Position numbers and translations under genes: made by a program. 43,471 nucleotides of DNA. Origin: an uncultured Clostridia bacterium (GTDB lineage: Bacteria > Bacillota > Clostridia > Christensenellales > UBA1242). The stretch covers positions 1 to 43,471 of the forward strand of contig CANRGF010000003.1 of assembly GCA_947630075.1 (NCBI GenBank). The letters are read 5' to 3'. The notes beneath the pieces were generated by a model. The model did no database searches and was not told the origin of the DNA. It was given only the letters and a program-made list of their open reading frames with translations. Shown one piece after another: positions 36,571 to 43,471 of the stretch. Positions within the stretch are counted from its first letter, which is position 1. Every line of letters begins with the position of its first letter.

Positions 36571-37830
36571 ATGAAAAAGTTTTGGGTGTGGGCAATATTT
36601 ATTTTAATATTTTCGTTCCCAATGGCTTTTTTCGGCTGTGCGAAGGATAAAAATTCAAACGCAAAAATTCAGCTGGATATGACCAACGCACGATGGAATT
36701 ATAATGGCGGCTTTGAAACGGAAAACGCTGGTGAAACAAATTTTGAAGTTAAGGTTTTGGGGTTGCCTAAGGAAATTGATGTAACCTATGACGGAGTAAC
36801 TTCCAATCGTTACCCTAATGAATATTGGACGATTTATCCAGAAAGTGGCAGAAGTGAATATTACACCGTTACTGCGCATTTGCAATACGATGAGGAAAAA
36901 TATGAGCTTGTGAACGACAATTTGCCCCGCACATTAAATTGGAAAATATACGACACTTTATATCTTGAAAAAGAAGCGGACAAAATTTCAAATTGTTATA
37001 GTGAATGGTATGGGAAATTTTCAAGAGAATCAATAGACTATTTGCATTTTGTGAACTATATTCCAGAGGGAGTGGACGCCACAAGTTATATGTGGGATAT
37101 GCAAGATGGATATGGTGAAAATCATGTTTATTTTGGGTTGGACGCAAACTTATTTAAAAGTTTTAAACTACCAAAAGATAGCTCATATATGTTCGCATAT
37201 CTCTATAATCTAAAAGGCATCACAGGTTTGGAATATGTGGATTTCTCTTGTGCTGAAGATCTGTCTTATATGTTTTTTAACTGTGGTGTTGAGAGTGGCG
37301 AGAAATTAGAAATCGTTTTCCCAGACAACTTGGATTTGAGCTCCGCCACAAATATGAGCCAAATGTTTTCAAATGTGGGAGGCGCGGGTGAATTAGAGCT
37401 TGAATTGGGCAACTCGTTTAACTGCTCAAATGTGAGCAACATGGCAAATATGTTTTATAACTGCGGCAAAAGCTCTAGTAAATTTCATTTAAGGCTAGGA
37501 GAAAAGTTTGACACTTCTAATGTGAAGGATATGAGCCAGATGTTTTATAATTGCGGAGCCGCTTGCCCAGACTTTTATTTAGATATGGGCTTAGGCTTTA
37601 AGGTTGACAATGTGCAAAGCATGATTCAAATGTTTTTGAATTGTGGGAAAAGCTCTAGCAATGTGAATGATTGGAAAATTGACCTTTTAGGAAAGCTTTC
37701 CGCTGAGTGTGATTTGAGTTGGGTTTTCTATAAATTCGATAAAGATTTGCGTGTTTATGTGGACGATGCTCAAACCTACGAGCTCTTATCCGCAAAAGGA
37801 TACACTCATCCACAGATAGTGATGAAATAA
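36571..37830 (+). CDS. surface lipoprotein with BspA/DUF285-like repeats
   Basis: Signal peptide with lipobox AFFG-C; about five ~30-aa repeats of (F)D.S.V..M..MF.NCG. Confidence 0.8.
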   Translation: MKKFWVWAIFILIFSFPMAFFGCAKDKNSNAKIQLDMTNARWNYNGGFETENAGETNFEVKVLGLPKEIDVTYDGVTSNRYPNEYWTIYPESGRSEYYTVTAHLQYDEEKYELVNDNLPRTLNWKIYDTLYLEKEADKISNCYSEWYGKFSRESIDYLHFVNYIPEGVDATSYMWDMQDGYGENHVYFGLDANLFKSFKLPKDSSYMFAYLYNLKGITGLEYVDFSCAEDLSYMFFNCGVESGEKLEIVFPDNLDLSSATNMSQMFSNVGGAGELELELGNSFNCSNVSNMANMFYNCGKSSSKFHLRLGEKFDTSNVKDMSQMFYNCGAACPDFYLDMGLGFKVDNVQSMIQMFLNCGKSSSNVNDWKIDLLGKLSAECDLSWVFYKFDKDLRVYVDDAQTYELLSAKGYTHPQIVMK

Positions 37831-37857
37831 AGCAGCCGGTTGGCTGCTTTTTTTTTG
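37830..37857. terminator. intrinsic terminator between convergent genes
   Basis: AAGCAGCC ggtt GGCTGCTT followed by a T-run. Confidence 0.8.
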
Positions 37858-37877
37858 CTTAAATTTATTGTGAAGGG

Positions 37878-39950
37878 CTAAACCGAATGAGTGTCAGTTT
37901 TTAGCTCTTCTTCTTGCGAGGGGGTGGCGGAACATTCTTGCTCTTGTTCCTTGCTCTCTTGTTGGATGAAAGAGGTCAATTTTTTGCTATAGCACACATA
38001 TAACCCGTGTAATGCGCGCGTGCATGCCACATAAAGATTTTGCCTATCAAGAGGGGTGTGATAGTTTGATTCGTCCGCATTTGGAATGATAACTCTATCA
38101 TACTCTAAACCTTTGCTTAAATATGTGGTGGTGATGATGTTGTTTGAAGTGAGAAGAGCGTCATCATTTTCATTTTTGATAAATGTGAATGAAGGCAAGA
38201 GTTTTGCCAATTTAAACGCTTCATCAAAACTTTTCACAACCACAGCTATCTTCTCGCCCTTGTGCTCTTCTGCAACAGCATTTGCCAATGACACAAAATC
38301 TTCATCTGTTTTGCACTTTGAAATTGATGGTTTACTCCCTTTTCGCACAAAGCGAGTGTTTGCTGTTTCCCCCACAATTTTTTGAGCAAATTCAATAATG
38401 TCGTTTGTTGAGCGATAGCTAACTGTTAAATTGTCCACTTGAACATTAGGATAAAGCCTTTGCAAAATTTCTAGGTTGGATTGCGAAGATAAGATGTTTT
38501 GATTATAATCCCCAGTGAGCGTCATCACCGCGCTTGGATATATCTTTTTGATTAGCGCAATGCTAAATGGATCGTAGTCCTGCATTTCATCAATAAATAT
38601 GTGCTTAATGAAATGATTTGGTGCAACCCCCATGAGATTGGCGTTGATATAAGCATAAATTGGTGCGTCTTCATAACCCATAGGCTTTTCTGCAAAATGC
38701 AAATTATGCTGAGCATAAAGATTGGAGAGTATCTCTTTTGCTGAAATGCTATTTTCCATCAAGGCTAACATTTTTGCCTTGCAGCGTTCAATCGCCTTTC
38801 CAGACTGTTGCTTATACCTTGCAGATAAGGCGGCAGAAATTAGCGCTTCAATGTTTTGCTTGATGTTTGGCATGGTGGGTCTATTCAAAAGATAAAGTAA
38901 AGTTTTTGGCATATCCAAACCCACTTTTTTAAACGTTTCATACACTGGAGAAACAATGTCATAATTTTTCAAAAATTCATTCACTTCATCATAGAATTTT
39001 GTGGAAAATTTTGTGTTGATTTCTGCCATGCGAACTTCGTCATAAAACTTGCTATCCACCATGGACAATTTTGTGCCACAAGTTTTAGGGGCGAGACCTG
39101 CATCTTTCAATACCTGCATTATGGTGCAAGAGCGCACATTTTCTTCGCCTAACTCTGGCAGTAAGTCGCTTATATAGGTGCTAAATAATTTGCTAGGAGA
39201 AATCACTAAAACATTTTTGCTTGTGATGTTTCCTTTGTTTGCATATAAAATGTATGAAATTCTATGCATGGCAACGGACGTTTTGCCTGAACCTGCAATG
39301 CCGTTTATGATGACGGTTTGCATAGGAGGTTTTCTTATGATTTCGTTTTGTTCCTCTTGAATGCTCTCCACTATGTTGGTCATGTGCGAAGATGTGTTTT
39401 GGCTCAAAATCTCTTGCAAGATGTTATCGTCAATCTTCGTGTTTGTGTCGATATAAGAAACGATTTTGTTTGGTTGCAGTCTAAATTGCCTTTTCAAAAG
39501 CAATTCAACGGGAATTTTGCCCACAGGTGCGGTATAATATGTGTTGCCAAGCGAGGAGAAATATAATAGCGATGCGATTGGAGAACGCCAATCTAATAGA
39601 TAGGTGGAATCGTCTTTAAAAAGATTCTTTAAGCCGATATAAAAAGTTTCAGGCTCTGAGCCCCTTTCTTTAATTTGAATTTTGGCAAAGAAAGGTTTTG
39701 GCATGATTCGCTGAAACATGTTTTTATTTTGTTGATATAAGTAATTTGAACTATCGCGATTGTAGATTTCTCCCTTCACTTCCACAAATTCAACAAGGTC
39801 TAATTTCTCAGTGGCGGCATAGTGCATGCTCTCACGAATGTCGGACTCGTTGCTGGCGATTTTCTTATCTAGTTCGTCAATTTCTTCTTTTATTTTGCCT
39901 TGAATAAATTCAAGGTGTTTTTGCTCTTCGTCAAGGATAGATTTTTCCAT
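37878..39950 (-). CDS. helD: HelD-like SF1 helicase / RNA polymerase recycling ATPase
   Basis: PFFAKI, YIG, DWRSPIASL, IV.SIQ.EQ..IIR, G.AGSGKT..AMHR, DE.QD, GD.NQ, SYRST, KGLEYD, YVACTRA. Confidence 0.8.
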   Translation of the reverse strand: MEKSILDEEQKHLEFIQGKIKEEIDELDKKIASNESDIRESMHYAATEKLDLVEFVEVKGEIYNRDSSNYLYQQNKNMFQRIMPKPFFAKIQIKERGSEPETFYIGLKNLFKDDSTYLLDWRSPIASLLYFSSLGNTYYTAPVGKIPVELLLKRQFRLQPNKIVSYIDTNTKIDDNILQEILSQNTSSHMTNIVESIQEEQNEIIRKPPMQTVIINGIAGSGKTSVAMHRISYILYANKGNITSKNVLVISPSKLFSTYISDLLPELGEENVRSCTIMQVLKDAGLAPKTCGTKLSMVDSKFYDEVRMAEINTKFSTKFYDEVNEFLKNYDIVSPVYETFKKVGLDMPKTLLYLLNRPTMPNIKQNIEALISAALSARYKQQSGKAIERCKAKMLALMENSISAKEILSNLYAQHNLHFAEKPMGYEDAPIYAYINANLMGVAPNHFIKHIFIDEMQDYDPFSIALIKKIYPSAVMTLTGDYNQNILSSQSNLEILQRLYPNVQVDNLTVSYRSTNDIIEFAQKIVGETANTRFVRKGSKPSISKCKTDEDFVSLANAVAEEHKGEKIAVVVKSFDEAFKLAKLLPSFTFIKNENDDALLTSNNIITTTYLSKGLEYDRVIIPNADESNYHTPLDRQNLYVACTRALHGLYVCYSKKLTSFIQQESKEQEQECSATPSQEEELKTDTHSV

Positions 39951-40047
39951 TTCTCCTCCAAAAGTTACTATAGTATAGCACATAAAAAGCAATAAAACAA
40001 TAGTAAAATTAAAAATTCAGTTCATTTTTTATGGTTTTTTGTTGAAT

Positions 40048-41778
40048 TTAGCTGTGCCAACACGAAAAATTTCTAAGCGAAAATGAATATAATTTGTGAT
40101 TTTCGCTTAAAATTTGCATAATTTCATCTTTAATTTTTGCTTTTTCATCTGTTGGTGCAGAAGCTGAATAAAAATAATTTAATCCTTCATTTTGCGAGGC
40201 TATTTTGCAGTTTTTTGTGAAAGTGAAATCGTTGATTTCAAACACATCTACCAAATCTAAATTTGCTTTGATGCCATTAAGGGTTTGCGTTAGGTCGTCC
40301 TCCGTTTCTTCTGGGAAATTGAAAAGCAGGCTTACGCTCGTTTTTATGCCATATTTTTTGCTTAAGCGCAAGATGTTTAAGGCGTGGTCAACTGTTATTC
40401 CTTTGTTCATTTTGTTGAGTAAATTTTGGCTAAAACTTTCTAAGCCCAAAAACATCATTTTCAACCCGTGCTCGCTAAAATGTTTTATTGTTTCTTCACT
40501 ATCGAGCGCGGGGTCGAAGCGGAATGTGCCCTTCCAATTAATTTTCACGCCACGCTCATCAAGCCCTTGCAAAATGTTTTTCACTTCGCCAGGAATTAGG
40601 CAATCATCCACAAATTCGATGTTGTGCACTCCTTGTGAAGATAAATTGCAAATTTTTTCCACAATGTTTTTGCAACTAAATGAAAAATTATCCCTATTAT
40701 GTCTATCGCAAAACAGGCATTTTTTATAATAACACTCTCGCCTTATTGACACGGGCGCAATCTTAAACACGGCAACATATTTTTCAAAATCAATTTGAGG
40801 ATATTCCGTTGTGGGTGTGCCCATTCCGTTTAGTTGAGCGATTGGCACAACGCTTGAAAAGAACGAGGTGAAAAAACTTGGATTATAGTTTGCTTCGAAT
40901 AATGTTGAGTTGTCAACTAAAATTGGCTTAATGTGGAGCACTTCATCTAAAATTTTTGCAAAAATGGTTGCGCTCATCAGTTTGTTGAAATTGTTCACAA
41001 CTAAATATATGTTTGCCCTTTTGCCGTTATACTTTTTTATTATGGCTTCAATCTGCGAAAGTTTTGAAAGATAGAATGGATATAAAATTGAAGATTTATG
41101 ATTTGAAATCGTGCTTTCAATGGCAAGAGAATTTTTGGGGTCGCATAAAGTTAACTCGCCAAAAGAGAAACGGAAAACGCCGAATTTCTTTTGCTGAATG
41201 GCTCGGCAAATTTGTGTGTAGCGATAAAAACTATCCACATCTTTTTCACTTTTTGCGTGCTTATATAATTCAATTTTTTCAGGCGAATATATTTGGCGAT
41301 TGAAGTCCAAATTAAAATCAAAATAAAAAGTGTGCTTATTTTTTGCCGCTAGCGCCTGCCAAACTTGAATGGTTGCCTCGTTGAAATATTTGGGTTTATT
41401 GAAAGGAATATCTAAAACCAAGTTTATGCAATCTTCCTCTTTTTTTGTCTTGGCAGGCTTTGCCACAGCGATGATGTCGCTTAAAGCAAACCAAGTTTTT
41501 TCGCAAGCGGGCTGATTATCCCCCTGCAAGCAAACTTTATTATTTTTATTATCAATCTCCACCACTCTATGAATGACAAAGTTTTCCACCTTATTGCCTA
41601 TGGCAACGGCTATGTCCCCCACTCTTAGCGAAAATTCATTTGAGATTTCCACATCTTGCCCGCTGAAAAAAGTGGGCACCATGCTAGAACCAAAAATCTT
41701 CACATTTTTGATTTTGCCTTGCCTAATTTTATCTATAAAAAATTTTCTTGAAAGGGTTTTATTTATCATCTTTTGCAC
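40048..41778 (-). CDS. fusion protein: N-terminal S24/S26-type peptidase plus C-terminal radical SAM domain (B12-binding-family-like)
   Basis: N-terminal GSSMVPTF...GDI...VIHRV...QGDN; C-terminal RRECYYKKCLFC, FVDD, GLESFSQ.LL.KMNKG, FNFP.ET..D. Alternative start ATG 41769. Confidence 0.8.
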   Translation of the reverse strand: MQKMINKTLSRKFFIDKIRQGKIKNVKIFGSSMVPTFFSGQDVEISNEFSLRVGDIAVAIGNKVENFVIHRVVEIDNKNNKVCLQGDNQPACEKTWFALSDIIAVAKPAKTKKEEDCINLVLDIPFNKPKYFNEATIQVWQALAAKNKHTFYFDFNLDFNRQIYSPEKIELYKHAKSEKDVDSFYRYTQICRAIQQKKFGVFRFSFGELTLCDPKNSLAIESTISNHKSSILYPFYLSKLSQIEAIIKKYNGKRANIYLVVNNFNKLMSATIFAKILDEVLHIKPILVDNSTLFEANYNPSFFTSFFSSVVPIAQLNGMGTPTTEYPQIDFEKYVAVFKIAPVSIRRECYYKKCLFCDRHNRDNFSFSCKNIVEKICNLSSQGVHNIEFVDDCLIPGEVKNILQGLDERGVKINWKGTFRFDPALDSEETIKHFSEHGLKMMFLGLESFSQNLLNKMNKGITVDHALNILRLSKKYGIKTSVSLLFNFPEETEDDLTQTLNGIKANLDLVDVFEINDFTFTKNCKIASQNEGLNYFYSASAPTDEKAKIKDEIMQILSENHKLYSFSLRNFSCWHS

Positions 41779-42829
41779 TTTTTACACTATTATAAATAAA
41801 TTTTGCCTCTCTGCAATTTTGTTCAACAGGCAAAATAACCTTGCCATTCGTGCGGTGCTCCATGTAGGTGGACACAGCGCAGTTTGAACAAAACTTTTTA
41901 TATTTGCAGTTGTAACACTCGCCAGATTTATCCTTTTCTAAATTTAGATATTGTGAAAAACTATCCCAAATTTCTTTGATTGAAAAGTCTTTAATATTTT
42001 TTTCGCTAAACTCGGCAAAATTGCACAGCCTCACTCCGCCCAAGCAGTTTATGAAAATGCTAATCCTGCCTGCACCGCAAGAATATAAGCAATCGTTATC
42101 ATTATTCATGTTTTCTCTGGTTAAGAAACTTAGCCAATTTTTTAGTTTTAGTTTTTTTATTTTGTTCATTATTGACAAATAGTCTTTGTCAGTTAGGCGG
42201 TTGGTTTGCTGACCGTTTGAAAAATCTTTGCTTGCAAGCAGGTTTAAATCAAATCTAAAAGGCACATTAAAGCCGGTGCAATAGTCATTAATCTGCTCAA
42301 ACTGTTTCCAATTCTGCTCCATGATAACTGTTTTAAGCGAAAGGGTTAGCCCAGCATCAATGAGCAGATGAATGTTTTTATTCACCACAGAAAAGCCGTC
42401 ATTAACTAAGCAAACGGACTTATAAGTAACATCGTCCACCCCATAAATGCTGATTTCAATCCTCTCGGGCGGATTTGCCTTTAAAAAGTTGATATACTTA
42501 TCTAAAAAGTAGCCGTTCGAAAAGAGGGCGATTTTCAAGCCTTTATCAAAGCAGTGCTTATAAATTTCTTTAAAATTTGGGTGAACGGTTGGCTCTCCAC
42601 CCGTGATTGTGATGGTTTCCAACCCCATTTCGCACATCTCGTCTATCATTCGCTTTGCAATATCTAGCGGAATAAACTTTATGGCGAGATTTTGATTATA
42701 ACAATGAATGCACTTAAAATTGCACGCGTTGGATATTTCAAAGGTGGCGGAGCGCAGTTTGCGATGATTGCTCAGCCGTTTATAATATTTTTTGAATAGG
42801 AAATTTTTAAGTTTTTCTTCATTTAACAT
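41759..42829 (-). CDS. radical SAM/SPASM domain peptide maturase
   Basis: CNFKCIHC, TGGEP, SNG; SPASM CGAG...G.VRLC...CYNCKYKKFCSNC...C. Start uncertain (42829 or 42838). Confidence 0.92.
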   Translation of the reverse strand: MLNEEKLKNFLFKKYYKRLSNHRKLRSATFEISNACNFKCIHCYNQNLAIKFIPLDIAKRMIDEMCEMGLETITITGGEPTVHPNFKEIYKHCFDKGLKIALFSNGYFLDKYINFLKANPPERIEISIYGVDDVTYKSVCLVNDGFSVVNKNIHLLIDAGLTLSLKTVIMEQNWKQFEQINDYCTGFNVPFRFDLNLLASKDFSNGQQTNRLTDKDYLSIMNKIKKLKLKNWLSFLTRENMNNDNDCLYSCGAGRISIFINCLGGVRLCNFAEFSEKNIKDFSIKEIWDSFSQYLNLEKDKSGECYNCKYKKFCSNCAVSTYMEHRTNGKVILPVEQNCREAKFIYNSVKSAKDDK

Positions 42830-43097
42830 AGGCAACATCCGCCTCAATTAACTGATTGATAAAATTCTTTAAATCTGCCTTGGCACGAGATTTCGAAACG
42901 TCAAAAGATTTAACCATTTCTTCTTCAATTTCTTCACTCGTTTTGCCCTGCTTTATCTTTAAAAATATGAATTTTGCCACATCTTCAAGCACTATTGCGT
43001 GCTCATAATCTATTTCATGCTTTTCATTTTCCTTAGTTAAGATAAGGCAATTTTCATATTCATCGTCCACTATGTTTGGCTTAATAAATATTTTCAA
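42819..43097 (-). CDS. PqqD-family RiPP recognition element (stand-alone RRE)
   Basis: 92 aa with L...A.FI......G.T.EEI..E....FDV....A..DL..FI.QL; SD GGAGG before TTG. Confidence 0.88.
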   Translation of the reverse strand: MKIFIKPNIVDDEYENCLILTKENEKHEIDYEHAIVLEDVAKFIFLKIKQGKTSEEIEEEMVKSFDVSKSRAKADLKNFINQLIEADVAYVK

Positions 43098-43115
43098 AAC
43101 ATCACCTCCATAAAT

Positions 43116-43150
43116 AAAAAAGTTATAATTTATGCAATTATAACTTTTTT
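43116..43150 (-). terminator. hairpin (attenuator or stabiliser) between precursor and RRE genes
   Basis: Perfect 15-bp inverted repeat AAAAAAGTTATAATT tatgc AATTATAACTTTTTT. Confidence 0.7.
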
Positions 43151-43155
43151 AAAAA

Positions 43156-43260
43156 CTAGCAATAGCAAGAGTCGTCATCACTTCCTGAAGAATTGCAGCC
43201 GCTAAAAACTGAAATCTTGCTTAGGTCAATTTTTAGCAAAACGGGAGTTGAATATTTCAT
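43156..43260 (-). CDS. putative RiPP precursor peptide, 34 aa: MKYSTPVLLKIDLSKISVFSGCNSSGSDDDSCYC
   Basis: Below the ORF-track cutoff; strong SD AAAGGAGG; YxxPxL leader motif; Cys/Ser/Asp-rich C-terminus; first gene upstream of RRE and rSAM. Confidence 0.88.
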   Translation of the reverse strand: MKYSTPVLLKIDLSKISVFSGCNSSGSDDDSCYC

Positions 43261-43304
43261 AGCGCCCTCCTTTGTAAAATTTGAAACCTATGTTTCTTAT
43301 TCTT

Positions 43305-43333
43305 ATCATAACATATAAAAATAATTTTGTCAA
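43305..43333 (-). promoter_or_regulatory. sigma-A promoter of the RiPP operon
   Basis: TTGACA-17 bp-TATGAT with extended -10 TG. Confidence 0.75.
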
Positions 43334-43471
43334 CAGATTTAAATAGAAAATTTAAAAGCAATAGATGGAGTTTCGTACGCGCGCGGGCGCACTAACCTAT
43401 TAAAAGGCAGTTTGTGGTGGAAAATCTTAACAAAAACTTAGAAATTTTCATAAAAGTGGTTAAAATCATTT

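Noticed and set aside
37180-37660. CRISPR-like or tandem DNA repeats
   Set aside because: The periodicity comes from protein-level BspA/DUF285-type repeats; there are no identical DNA repeats with spacers and no cas genes.
51-42182. Many short ORF-track entries antisense to or overlapping real genes (e.g. 51-248, 881-1150, 18087-18302, 28805-29128, 40205-40729)
   Set aside because: Shadow ORFs with no SD or promoter support and no motifs; 28805-29128 runs through the tRNA.
41759-43097. PQQ biosynthesis (pqqD/pqqE) or the SCIFF system
   Set aside because: The precursor has no ExxxY motif and there is no pqqB/pqqC; it has 3 Cys and does not resemble the six-Cys SCIFF peptide.
43156-43260. Lasso peptide cluster
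   Set aside because: YxxPxL and Gly1/Asp8-10 fit, but the operon has no asparagine-synthetase-like cyclase or transglutaminase-like B2 protease, and the leader lacks the penultimate Thr.
43361-43400. GC-rich patch TCGTACGCGCGCGGGCGCAC near the window end
   Set aside because: Too short, and its context is cut by the window edge, so no feature can be supported.

Overview
A 43.5-kb low-GC window from a spore-forming Bacillota chromosome, probably Clostridia-like (inferred from spo0A, coat genes and an [FeFe] hydrogenase). It contains the replication origin region in a shuffled order: dnaA (-) and dnaN (+) diverge around a DnaA-box/unwinding region. The rest of the origin gene set is scattered around them: rpmH-rnpA-yidD-yidC-jag, recF, mnmE, mnmG, rsmG and rpsF-ssb-rpsR. 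Housekeeping genes (prfB, mscL, gpsA, lysS, galE, ttcA, ispH, a HelD-like helicase, tRNA-Leu) are mixed with single accessory genes. The best candidate for an undescribed system is at the right end (40048-43333, - strand): a compact RiPP-type operon. It encodes an unannotated 34-aa precursor (MKYSTPVLLKIDLSKISVFSGCNSSGSDDDSCYC, with a YxxPxL leader motif), a stand-alone PqqD/RRE protein, a radical SAM/SPASM enzyme, and an unusual fusion of an S24/S26 Ser-His peptidase to a second radical SAM domain. Other signals are about 13 apparently leaderless genes, a promoter- and terminator-bounded ~106-nt sRNA candidate divergent from an Xre gene, a 44-bp duplication of a gene 3' end, a frameshifted ssb, and a doubly disrupted Xre/Cys-rich cassette. 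All calls come from reading motifs by eye; no database search was run.
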